DNA from: Squalus acanthias
Lineage: Eukaryota
Reading direction: 5' to 3'
Assembly (NCBI GenBank): GCA_030390025.1
Contig: CM059431.1
Location: forward strand, 128,404,001-128,468,000
DNA length: 64,000 nt
Shown piece after piece: positions 23,450 through 35,029 of this stretch; the stretch's first letter is position 1, and each line of letters opens with the position of its first letter. The notes below the pieces were generated by a model that saw nothing but the letters and a program-made list of their open reading frames with translations, searched no databases and was not told where the DNA came from. The translations under genes and the position numbers were made by a program.

Positions 23450-25256
23450 ATGGAGAGGGTGAGAGAACGAGCTCAGTGCTTCAGCGAGTGGGCCTTGGAT
23501 GCTCTGGTTGGTGCGGTGGAGCGCAGAAGATCTATACTCTTCCCTGAGAGTGGCAGGAGGCCTTTGCTGCGCGAGTACAGAAGAGTGTGGAGGGAGGTGG
23601 CTCAGAGCGTCTCCTCCAGGAGCATGTTGCCCAGGACCCATATACAATGTCGAAAAAAGTTCAACGACCTCACTCGGGTCGTCAGGGTGAATGGCTTTTT
23701 ATCAATACCTCTCCATCCCTCCATCTCAACCTCACTCTATGACCAGAGGGTCTTAAAACCCCAATGCACAACACTCATCCAACACCTATGGCCCTCTCAT
23801 GAAACACACACGCACATTCCACACTTTGCATACAGTAAGGGCTATTCACCTATGGGAGGCACATCAGGCAAGACCATGGCTGCATACAGTAAGGACTATT
23901 CACCTATGGGAGGCACATCAGGCAAGACCATGGCTGTATATTTACTCAGACGCCGTCCTTTTTCTTGCAGGCCAAGCTATCTTATAATAGGAGACAGCAG
24001 CAAATGACGGGTGGAGGGCGGCCTCAGCTGCAACCCCTCCGCGATCTTGAGGCGTGCGTCCACAGGATTGTGGCAAGCCGGGTGATCGGTCCCGTCACTA
24101 CTGGAGATGCCGACCCCGTTGTGGACAGCAATGGTAAGGCCAAAACATTTTTGTGCTCTGTCCTTCCACTTGTCCCTCACAACACCAGCCTTTGACACTT
24201 TCAATCCAACTTACTAAATCGCTGCACTCATTCCTCCCTTACTGCCACCCTGTCCTCACGCTAAAGCCACTCTTGTACCTCCCTGCTTTCAGATGGTGAT
24301 TCACCAGCTGAGGAGACGGGCCCTCAAGCTGCCAGTGGGAGTGAAGCTGCAGGCGAGGAGGAAGATGAAGGCGGAGCATCAGCGCCACCCTCTCCTGAGG
24401 AAGCCCATGCCCACACTGGGAACACGCCTCCCCTGGAGAGGAGCAGGGGGGAAGGGTCTGATGAGGGTGAAGCTTCAGGCCCAGTGGGCAGCAGCAACGC
24501 GATAGGGGTAGGGAAGCTCGGGGGCCTTCTCCCCGGAGGGAGAGTATGCCAGCGAGTCCTACTGCACTGGACGCAGAGGAGGAGCGGCTCATCGCTGAAA
24601 TGAACACCCAGGCGGTGGACATGCACACCGAGCTCATGGGTGCAGTGGGAAGGGTGCCCAAATGCATTGAATCACTGGCAAGGAGTGTGGAGCACTTTGC
24701 TGTAGCACAGGCAAATGTTTAGTGCTGCAATTCAGTCACTGGCTGCTGCGACCCCATCTCTGACTGCTCTCATGCAGACTCAGATTGAGGCCACGCGAGC
24801 ACTGACTGCTGCCATCCTCACTGGTTCGGACACATTTCCCCGGGGCTCTCACCGCGCCGCAGCAGGCCAGCAATCTGTGCTCCAGCAGATTGCTCCGGAT
24901 GCTGAAGTGCTGCCCCGTGGGTGTGCCAGTGTGTCGGTCGAGCAGGGAGTTGCTGTCCTCTCTCAAATGACAGCATTCCTGCTGCCACCACTGTCACTTC
25001 TCCACTGCAATTGCCACCGCCTGTAGGACAGACTGCTGCCGCCCATGCAAAGTTGGTGCAGTCTGCAGCCGGGCCCTCCAGGCCCAGAGCTGGTCGAGGC
25101 CGTCCTTCAAGGGCATCAGCAGTCTCAGGTTCTGACAATCAGCAGCCTTCCACCAGCCTTGCTGCAGCCACTGGGGTCCAATTCCGGAGGAGCAGTAGGG
25201 TGGGAAGGGGGGAAGTGCGCAAAGCAAGGAGATCACCCTCGAAGGGCAAAAAGTAG
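23450..25256 (+). pseudogene. Harbinger Myb/SANT-like gene, exons 23450-23686, 23971-24133, 24293-~25256
   Basis: MERVRERAQCFSEWALDALV...WREVAQSV...RTHIQCRKKFNDL. Canonical GT/AG sites. Exon 2 AKLSYNRRQQQMTGGG. Exon 3 is acidic and has frameshifts. Confidence 0.88.
23827..23934. repeat. 54-bp tandem duplication in intron 1 of the H2 Myb gene
   Basis: tgcatacagtaagg(g/a)ctattcacctatgggaggcacatcaggcaagaccatggc x2. Confidence 0.9.
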
Positions 25257-25567
25257 GAGGTGTGACAAAATGTTGGTCATTTTTTTATTAAAGGCTGAGG
25301 TTCGTGGTCAAACTTTTGTTTGTTGTTTTGGACATTATCTCCAGGTTGTGAGAGCCAGTTATGTTAATGAGTGTTTTTTTGTGTTTCTTTCTATTAGTTT
25401 GTCATGAGGAAATGACACACACAGAGTTTGTAAAATAAATAATTTTTTGTATTCAAAATGTACATGTTTGGTCTTTGGAATCATTGCGGCCTTGGCCGGC
25501 TTAGGGGTTGCGGGTTGGTTTTATTCATGTTGTTCTCAATGGCAGAAGCCATTTCCTCAGCAGGGGC

Positions 25568-26802
25568 CTAGAAGCGGTTTGCTATCAGCCGTTGACGGAT
25601 GGCCCTTCCAGTTTCTACATTGTGGGCCTCCCTCCCGCCTTGGTGCTGCTGATGATCATCCTCCTCCTCTTCCTCCTCCTCCTCTGGTGGTGCTCCAAGG
25701 CCTGGTGGCATTGGCTGGGTCCTGAGGATTGCCAGGTTATGCAGCATGCAGCACACAACTACAAAGTGGGAAACTCGCTCAGGCGAGTACTGCAGGGCTC
25801 CTCCAGAATGGTCCAGACAGCGGAACCGTTGCTTGAGCACGCCGATTGTGTGCTCAACGATGTTCCTGGTAGCTTGATGGCTCTCATTGTACCACAGCTC
25901 AGCAGGGGTGTTGGGCGTATGGAGCGGTGTCATCAGCCAGGTGCTCAGTGGATATCCCTTGTCCCCGAGAAGCCAACCAACTGGCTGATGCGGTGCCTGG
26001 AAAAGTTCTGCCACAGTAGTGTGGCGCAGGATGAATGCATCGTGGCAGCTGCAGGATAGTGGGCATTGACAGCGAGTATCAGCTGTCTGTGGTCACAGAC
26101 CAACTGAACGTTTAAGAATTGGAACCCCTTTCTGTTGCGGAAATCCTCGGCATTCTCATGCGGAGCACGCAAAGCCACATGCGTGCAGTCAATGGCGCCC
26201 TGCACCATGGGGAAGCCCGCTATCCTAGCAAAGCCCATTGCGTGTTCTTGCTGCTTGTCTGGGGTCATGGGGAAAGAGATGTACTCTTGTCTCCTTTTAA
26301 AGAGGGCATTTGTGACCTGATGGATGCAGCAATGCACCGCGAATTGGGAGATATTGGCGATGTCCCCATTAGCTGATTGAAATGAGCCAATGGCATAAAA
26401 GTTCAGAGCCACTGTGATCTTCACTGCCACCGACAGAGACGTCCTGGACCTCAGTTGAGGCTGCAGATCTGGCTGCAGCAGGTGGCAGAGCTCAGTGACT
26501 ACCTCCTTGCTGAAGCGCAGCCTTTGTAAACACTGCTCCTCAGACATATTAATATATGTGAATTGTTGGTGATATATCCTGGGAGGGTAAGGTCTCCTGT
26601 ACAGAGGCCTGTTGGCCCTCCTCCGTCTGGCCATGATTGCCACTCTCTCTCTGCGTCTCTGTGTCCTTCGATTTTGGTGGCGCAGGATGACGCCCCCAAT
26701 CAGTGTAGCCCCCAAAGTCTCTTGGCAATCAAAGTTATGAAGGTCAAAAACCAAAGTACCTGCCAGGTTATGATCAGTAACCAAAACTACCTCACACAGC
26801 AT
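25568..26802 (-). pseudogene. Harbinger DDE transposase with one evident frameshift near 26050
   Basis: ALNFYAIGSFQ, GAIDCTH, NVQLVCD, then [10 protein letters not shown] and [18 protein letters not shown]. Confidence 0.92.
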
Positions 26803-26817
26803 TGACTCAATGCAGAA

Positions 26818-26818
26818 G

Positions 26819-26855
<37 letters not shown>
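26818..26855. repeat. (CT)n microsatellite in the H2 transposase 5' region
   Basis: Run of tc dinucleotides, longer than the homologous spot in the 893-bp derivative. Confidence 0.9.
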
Positions 26856-26858
<3 letters not shown>

Positions 26859-28494
26859 AACGAGTTGTACAAAAATGTCTACCACAGAGAAAGACAGGAA
26901 GAGGCCACCTTTAAATAGCGTCCCCCCGGCCCCACAGTGACTGGGGAGCGTTCCAGTCTTCCGGTCGTTGGTTGCGCCAGGCTGAAAGGATGGGGGTGCC
27001 ACTCGATTTCCGCTCCAGGGCGCCACAAGGGCCTTGCACCCTCGTATGACGTCAAGATCTGCGTGCGCAGGAGATCGCGGCGGTAAAGTTTAGCGCCGGC
27101 GCAAAATGTCTAGTTAATTTCACAAGCGGCCAAACATTGCTGCGCCCGGGCACTAGTTGCTTTGCGCCCCATTAGCGCCCTCTTAAGGCACTAACGGGAG
27201 GCGCAACCAACTGAATTTTTCCCCCTATGACTTCGGTGCATAAAGCAAGAGGTAGGCACATGGGTCATTGAATAGTGATACTTCACATTGGAGTTTCAGA
27301 GGGAGATTTCATAAGGGGTCATTTTGTGGGTCTGTGATCCCTGCCTGGAGTCTCAGTACAAGGGAGCAAGGTTGGAGATGGACTAATTATAGATCCTGCA
27401 TTCATGCCCAGTGAGACTGCACAACAGGATCAGAGCCTGGTCATGTGACCATGTAATACATTGAGTGGGAGGGGCTTGGGCTGCTCTGTGACATAGTTCC
27501 TGGTTGCGATGTGATTGGCTCCTGGCTCCTTTGTGATGTTACCTGGAGACGGGATTACACCCCTGGTTACACACGGTCAATGGGAGTTATTGTGGGAGGT
27601 GTTGGAGTGAGTTTAGTCCATGTAAATAGGGGAAAGGAAAGAACAATATAATATTCAAGTAAGTAATTCAACCAAATGTTATTAATTGCAAATGTATTTA
27701 AATTAAATATAATGATAGTCACTGAAATAGTCCCATTGTATTACTGTTACAAGATTCTGGAATTAATAATAAACAATTTTATGTTAAAAGTTTCTTGGAG
27801 TGAGCAGTATCTGAGGAAGGTGGAGTGAGAGATGTTGAATCATCACCACACTAGCTGGGACTGGATAACGGTCGCTGGGTTCACAGAGCAGATCTGGTGG
27901 GACCAAGTCAAAGAGGGGATGAAACGGGAAGCTTCAACAATGACTGGAAAGGTGAGGAAATCTACTGAGAATCTCTTTGGTTCAGGATTTTGCAGAGGTG
28001 AGAGTTCAACCAGACACTGGGTGCTGTTCAACAGCTGCCATAGGGTTCAGCCTTTGATACTGCAAGTTGAACAGAGCTTAACTCGTATGTAAACCATGCC
28101 CGTACCTTACCTGGGAGTGCTTGACACTTACATGTAGAGGGATTTTTATTCTGTTTTCATACCATGTTGCACCTGAGCTGGTGTGCTACACTGGATTGTG
28201 TCAAGGGAGCTGTACGCTGCATTGAACCCATTCTGTATCTGTGTTGGCTGTGTTTGCTGCACCAATTTAGAGAGAGCTTTACACTGTATCTAACCCGTGC
28301 TGTCCCTGACCTGGGAGTGTTTGATGGGACAGTGTATGGGGAGCTATCCCATTATTGCCCACGATGTGCACTCCCATTATTGCTCCGGTCCCACCAGTCC
28401 CCTGATATCCCTGACAGTCACTCCACTTATTGCTTTTGATGCCCCTTCTTGTTACAGGGAATAGACTGGCTTCAGAACACAAAAGAGGTTGTAA

Positions 28495-29030
28495 TATAAA
28501 AGCAAAATACTGCGAATGCAGAAATCTGAGATAAAAACAGAAAATTTTGGAAATACGCAGCAGGTTAGGCAACATCTGTGGAGAGAAAAACAGAGTTAAC
28601 GTGTCAGGTCAATAACTTTTTGTCAGAACTGGAAAAGGTTAGAGATGTGATAGGTTTTAACAAGTGCAGAGGTTAGGAAAGGGGGAGGGGAGGAAAGACA
28701 AAAGGGAACGTTTGTGATAGGGTGGAAGGCAGGAGAGATTAAATGACAAAAGCGATGATGGTGCAAGACAAAATATGATGGTAATGGAACAATGAAAGAA
28801 AGAAAAGATGGGTCGAAAGGAGTTGTAAATGGGAATATCAAAATCATCACCAGCAGCTGCCATCTGAATAAATGGGGGCAAACGTTATGAATTAAAGTGA
28901 CAAGCAACCGGAAGCTCAGGGTCACGCTTGTGGACTGAATGGAGGTGTTCTGCAAAGCCGTCACCCAATCTGCGTTGTGTCTCCCCAATGTAGAGGAGAC
29001 TGCATTGTGAGCAGCAAATACCGTATAGAG
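28495..29030 (-). mobile_element. Penelope-like 3' fragment with internal deletion
   Basis: Homologous to 4717 and 11366. Inserted at the same position of the array unit as the 4717 copy. Confidence 0.85.
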
Positions 29031-29498
29031 TATACAGAGCTGGAGTGACAGCTGACACTCTGAGTGAGCTTATTCCCTATAAAGAAGGGAAAGGAAAGAA
29101 TAGAATACAATATTAAAGTAAGTAATACAAGAAAATATTGATAATTGCAAATATATTCCACTTAAATAAAGGGCCTGAATTTGCTGGAACAGGGCATCTC
29201 ATGTTATTTATCAGCAAATTTAAGCCTATGGTATTATTAGACTGTTTACATTGGATGTGCAGACTAGTTCTGTATTAAGTAGAGTCAGACAGTGAAGGAG
29301 ACAAATACTGAAAATCTGCTGTGTAGCTCAGGCTTTCTGACTGATGTGAGGCTTTCAGTAGCTCAAATAATACTGCATATGAGTTCCCAGTAACTCCAAC
29401 TCCCAAAGCATAGGGGACTTGCGACCTGATTTGGAACAGAAGAGAGAGTGAATTGATTTGACAGAGCGGTTAGTCTGTTCCTTGATTTAAAAAATCAT

Positions 29499-30270
29499 GT
29501 CCCTGAAATTGCAGTCGGCGGTGTAACTAAGGAGTACGCCGCAGACCTCCGAATAAAATCCACACTTACCACGTGCAAAGTGCCAAGCGAAAATGTGCTT
29601 TGAGACGCTGTGGAGTTGTGCGCAGCATAGTGACTCACGGATCCCAGGGGCGCACCATTGTGTGTAAGCGTACCTGGGATCAAGTGGGGTGGTGCTCCTT
29701 TCACTAGCCAATCAGGAAACATAGAAAGCCCTGTGTATTATTATGTAGTTACAACTTGTGAATTAAACGGTGTCATACTAATTATATTTATTTGACAAGT
29801 ACTGTACTTGGCTTTAAAAAGTGCAGGGAATTCTTTGGAGTAAGTACAGTTATTTACTGGAAGACTCCGCAAGATTAAAAAAAATGATTAAAACGATCTC
29901 ATCCCTCAAACCGAGCCTTTACAGCTGCCTGGTAGGTTCTTTTACGTGTTCATTTTTAATTATTGTACAATTTTCTCATCCCCCCTCCTCTTACGCTGTG
30001 CAAACAGGCTCCTGCACCTGTTTGCACCAGCTGTAACATTTTCCAGTGTAATTGATGCGCAGTAGGTGGGCAATTAGCCCAACTTTTCACCAGCACATCA
30101 TTTGAATGAGGACTTGAAAGTTGCAGCGGATCAACTGCCTATTCGGAACTTGACAGATCGCAAATTCGGGATTTAGCACATGCGGTAATCCTGAACTTGC
30201 AGTCAATTTCAATGGTGGTTTGACGGCGTACTCTGAGAGTATGCCGTCATACCGACTGCAAATTAAGGGC
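29499..30270. mobile_element. Older Harbinger-type MITE, distantly related to the 760-bp family
   Basis: Inverted ends tccctgaaattgcagtcgg / ccgactgcaaattaagggc. Shares the atcccaggggcgc...cctgggat hairpin and a cacttacc motif. Confidence 0.65.
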
Positions 30271-32029
30271 TCATATTTCTTTATTTAAAAACATCAAAGT
30301 TAATAGACTTAATTCTGGAAGCATGAACGGTTCCTTGCTACAAAAACAATAAAATATAACTTTGCAAACTATGTACTCTAATTCTGAAAATTGGGCTTTA
30401 TTATCATATCATGTTAATTTTACACATGATGAAGTTGTGTTTCTGCAGTTTTTGAATTGAGTTTATTAGGTTTGCCATGATTATGTTAATTATATTACCT
30501 TTGCATTCATTTCATATATAGCTGTGCATATAAGTTAAACATTTATGTTACTGTTAGGTCCTAAAAGTAGGAGAGGCTCTGTTATATATGAACCATTGCA
30601 GAGGGTGTTATTTTACCAGTACACAAACATATCTACATCTCACAACTTAGTAAGTTGCATGTAAAATATGTTCCTTACGCTGCCTCAATATCAAACAATT
30701 CACCCTAACCCAGCCCCACTGTCAGAAGGAGCACAACTTCACCTGACATTGCTCCTGCACAGAACCCAACCCAATCTGATCCTGCTCTCAAGCAGATCCC
30801 AGCCTGACCTCAATGTCAACCAGAAATGCCAGCAGATCAGCAACATCAGCTGTTCCAAAATAAGCTAATCCAGTCAGAAAATGTCTGTTCTATTGAAGCA
30901 CAGAAAGACATGCTTTCAACCAAATGGGTTGTTCCTGCCCACTTGAGCAGCTGGCGGTGGACCAGCTTCTTCAAAGTGTCGATTGACATCACTGTGTCAG
31001 CCAATGAGTTGGAGGTGGGGCAGGATTTACAGCAAACAGTGTATTTTACAGCAAGCAAAGTCTATTTACAGAGTCTATTTAAAAAGAGTCTCTCCGGACT
31101 GCAGCAAACAGAACTCATGACCTGAAACTGCAGCAACCTCTCCCAATAAAAGCAGGGTGATTTCTCCAGCAAAATTCAGTGAGTAAAGGATAATTACATC
31201 ATACAAATTATGTGCGTAAAATCAATCCCAGCCACTTACTCCAGGCGAGACTGACGGGGGAATTACCCAATCATCTTCATTCTGGCTGGGAATAGTGGTA
31301 TCAGTATATGCAGCCCAGCTTCTTACATGAAATATCTGTAAAAAAAACCACAATCAACGACTAGTAAAGAGGGAATCATGTGTAAACTTGGCCAGTTAGT
31401 GATGTGTAGAATGTGCACCGTCTTCTTTTTACAGATCATAGATTTTCTTAGGCTGGCAAATTGGAGGATTATTTTATATGTGTGTATATATAGAATAGAT
31501 TTTTTAATATACAAGCTGAAAGACCAAGTTCCATAGTGCAGGATGCACCAAGGTTGAAAATAATAAAAAAAGAGACAAATCAGGATGTAGTGAAAGTAGT
31601 GTGGGATTTTTAAAGTATCAATATTGTAAGGAATTCTATTGTTTTGAGGGATGATTTGAGGGCTGGCTTCCAGTCAGGCAGAGAGCGCTGGACAAGAGGC
31701 CACAACTACAGGTAGGTTCGAGGGGGGGATGGTGGGGGTCTGATCCTGGAGGGTCTGATCCCTGACCCTGGAGGGGGGAAGTTTGTATGGGGGGAGTGAT
31801 ATTAGGGGAGTTTCGGGGGGTTGGGAGGAAGCACTCCTGCAGCTCCTGGCCCACAAGGAGTGCTGCTCAAGGCTGTCCTCGACTCGATACAGCTGCCTGG
31901 AATCCCGAGGCCGGGAGCCCCAGTCAGCCACAGGTTAAATCAAAAGCTTTCAGCCTCTTTATCATATTTAAAGTGCCAACCTGCCTCTTGTTGGCTGACC
32001 GCCCTCCCCCCCGTCCCGCCTCCGTTAAA

Positions 32030-32553
32030 ACCACATTACAGGAAGGATGTGATTGCACTAGAGGGGATGCAGAGGAGATTTACAAGGATGTTGCCAAGAC
32101 TAGAAAAATTTAGCTATGAGGAATGATTGGATAGGCTGGAGTTGTTTTCTTTGGAACAGAAGAGGCTGAGGGGAGATTTAATTGAGGTGTATAAAATTAT
32201 GAGGGGCCTAGATAGAGTGGATAGGAAGAACCTATTTCCCGTAGCAGAGGGTTCAAGAACCGGGGGCATAGATTTAAAGTAATTGGTGGAAGGATTAGAG
32301 GGGAGATAAGGAAAAAAAAATTCACCCAGAGGGTGATGGGGGTCTGGAACTCACTGCCCGAAAAGGTGGTAGAGGCAGAAACCCTCATCACATTTAAAAA
32401 GTACTTGGATGTGCACTTGAAGAGCCGTAACCTACAGGGCTACGGACCTAGTGCTGGAAGGTGGAATTAGGCTGGGTAGCTCTTTTCCGACCGGCATGAA
32501 CAAGATGGGCTGAATGGCCTCCATCTGTGTCATAATTTTTCTATGATTCTATG
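32030..32553 (+). mobile_element. CR1 3' fragment inserted into a GC-rich MITE-like repeat (~31680-32655)
   Basis: PHYRKDVIALEGMQRRFTRML..., with tail ttctatgattctatg. Confidence 0.85.
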
Positions 32554-32659
32554 AAAATTGGAAGTGGGTGGATTGGAGTCAGGATTCAGATTTTTAACAC
32601 TTCAACCTCCCACCCAACCACAACCCACGTGTTTTTTGGGGTTAAAATTCCTCCTGCAG

Positions 32660-34070
32660 TGTAAGGCCAAGGCTAAGGTATCTGTCATCCTATTTAAGCA
32701 GCCAGACATGTTGGCACCTTGAGGCTGCACAGCCGTGGTCAAGGCCTACATGGACTCGTTTGATTGCTGCGATTGATGGAAGATGACATCCTCGCAATGC
32801 CCTCTGAATTCAACCCACTGATGCTTGAGATGGGCTTCTACATTCTCTCTGCAATCATGGACAGAGTGTGTGGAAGGCCTGTCAGTATGTCGCAAATTTT
32901 CTGCTGCCCCTCAATGATTATCGTTTTTATTGACGGCTCCCGGGATACAGCATCTGTGTCCAGCTGAGCAGAGCTTGGAAAGGGCTAGGCCTTTCGACGC
33001 AGACTCTCTGCAGCTGTTCCTGCCACCACTCTCTGCTCTTGCTCACTTGTGATTCACCAGGTGAAAACCCAGCTATCTGTCTAACTGGACCCACCAAAGT
33101 ACGAGTATCTGGATTGGTCCATGATAAGCATGAGTCTTGTGACAGTGCACCCTCAGAAGGAATCAGCTCCTCTGAAGATTCGACGTCCGCGAGGTCCACC
33201 GACTCTGCTGCATGTGTGAACGCCCTGGCGGAGAGAAAAGATATGAACAAGTACTGGTAAGGTAAGAATGTTGCAACTTATTATTACGAAGATGATCATA
33301 TTTCACTCGCTGCTGAAATCAAGTCAACATGACTGAGTGTCATATGATATGTGGGTGAATGGTATTTAATTCTGTCACCAGGTAGCTGAGAGGGTTCCAT
33401 CTCCGATGGCCAGGGATGCCGAAACACCATTGATCTCCAGCGCTTCCTCCTCTGCAGTTGTCAGCTGTGAGGTCTGTAGAGGACCACCTCTGGTTCCCTC
33501 CCTCGCCTTAGTGTTCAGTGCTCTGTTCTGCTGCAATGGGGGAAAGAACAGACCTATGAGTGAGTGCAATGGCATGTGTTCACCTGATGGATGCAGTGCA
33601 TTTGGTGAGGTTGACTATCAGGGAGTGTCATCAAATTACATAAGGATGAGGGTGAGTGGGAGTGGTGGATGGATAAATGGGGTAAGGAAGTGTATAGAAA
33701 GAGAATGATGGGTGCACTTGCAAGGTAAGTGGGTGTGAGGAGTGATGTGATGGAGTAGGCTTGACATTGCAGATTGGGGAGTGGGGTGGTGTGCAGAACA
33801 GGATGTAGGTGAATGTACAACTGTACTCTCCTTTCCTGACCTGTTTAGGTCATTAAAGTGCTTCCTGCACTGAATCCAGGAGCTTGATGCAGTGCTTCTG
33901 CTGCTGACCTCCTCGGCCACATCCAGCCACACCACCTTTGTGGTAGCAGCAGGTTTCTTCTTCCTGTTGCTGCGGAAGAGTATCTCTTTCCTACACCTCG
34001 TTGCCCCCAGCAGCACATCAAGGGAGGCGTTGTTAAAGCGGGACACAGCCTTTGAGCATCCTGAGTCCAT
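32660..34070 (-). pseudogene. Harbinger Myb/SANT gene relic H3 (exons ~34070-33831, 33530-33379, 33224-~32660); no transposase or TIRs found
   Basis: SRFNNASLDVLL...WLDVAEEVSS...WIQCRKHFNDLNRSGK. Exon 2 NRALNTKAREGTRGGP...LTTAEEEALEI. Intron positions match H1. Confidence 0.8.
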
Positions 34071-34510
34071 CTTCTATGATTGATGTCTTTGTTCCAAACC
34101 TCCCAACTCCTCCAAATTCCATCTTTGGATTGACCCCCACATGACACACACCTCAAAGTTAATATTGGGGGCAAGGTCTTGGGAAGAGATGAGTTAGAGT
34201 AAGAGACTTATTTTCAACACACTGAGAATGCAAGGTGAAGAAGCATGTAGGATGGACTTTCTACAGCTTAGGAGGAAAATTCAGAAGAGCATTGAACATA
34301 CTATGGATGAATTTGGATCTTATAAAGAACTATCAACAGGAAAGGAATATTTGGCATCAATTACAAACAAAGCAAATGTGGCAGTTCTGTTTAAGGCCAA
34401 ATGAGATAGTAAGTTCAAGAATGTCAAAAGATGAAGAAAGACTACCTTTGAAGCTATTAACGTAAGAGGGTAGTAACTGTTGGTTGGTCTTTCAAGAGAA
34501 GTAAAAAAAT

Positions 34511-34666
34511 GCACTTGGAATTTCTACAGGTGTTCCCATCGCAGTTTCGGTGGAAGATTGGCAGAAACCCCGGAGAAATGGCATAACTGTTTGTTTATAC
34601 TTTTTCTCCAGGGTTTTTGCCAAAGTTACAGTGGGAGATCAGGGAACCTCCACAGAAATTCCACTC
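34511..34666. mobile_element. ~155-bp foldback mini-MITE
   Basis: ggaatttct...gttccc / gggaac...agaaattcc ends, with internal arms gcagaaaccccggagaaa / tttctccagggtttttgc. Confidence 0.6.
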
Positions 34667-35029
34667 TTTGAAAGGTTGAAAAAAGCATGATTTTCCTTTC
34701 CCTGTTAAAACACATGGAGGAGAACAAGGTGTAAAGATTCAAATTCTGTACTGGACCAGGACTGGAGATTGTGCGTATTGAGCAATCTGAAGAAACTAGA
34801 TGAACGTAGAGAATGATCAACAAAAATGGATGATGAGTGGAGGAGGTCATCAATATGAAGACAGAAAGGGGTTCAAGAGAAGCCCTGGGGAACCCATAAG
34901 GTGAAGAAAAAGAGTTATGGAATATAAACTGCAGCATTGATAGAATAGTTTGAGAGAAAATGAGATAGACCAGACCTCTGCTGGAAACCATCTGAGCAGA
35001 GCTTGCTTGTGTGTATATATATTTTTTTA

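Larger units (their letters stand above)
23121..27225. mobile_element. PIF/Harbinger DNA transposon H2, full length (4105 bp)
   Basis: TIRs GGGGGAGAAATTCAG / CTGAATTTTTCCCCC. TSD TAT at 23118-23120 and 27226-27228. Myb gene (+) and transposase (-) are convergent. Confidence 0.95.
2283..29170 (+). repeat. Head-to-tail array of a ~1.4-1.6-kb unit dispersed by TE insertions: A tail ~2283-2490; B ~2490-2792 + 3655-4716; C ~12888-13607 + 14110-14667 + 16690-16770; D ~16770-16965 + 27229-28495; E partial ~29035-29170
   Basis: The same ordered landmarks recur: ctctcactgccaaagca, ataaagcaaga, cccagtgagactgcacaac, ggtcatgtgac, gattggctcc, caagtaagtaat, acaATGactggaaag, gttcaacagctgccata, gggaatagactgg(c/t)ttcagaacac. 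Confidence 0.85.

Noticed and set aside
30660..31260. Possible coding exon (SIDTLKKLVHRQLLKWAG, minus strand)
   Set aside because: I recognise no domain or convincing splice pair. It is probably a decayed transposon remnant and is left unassigned.
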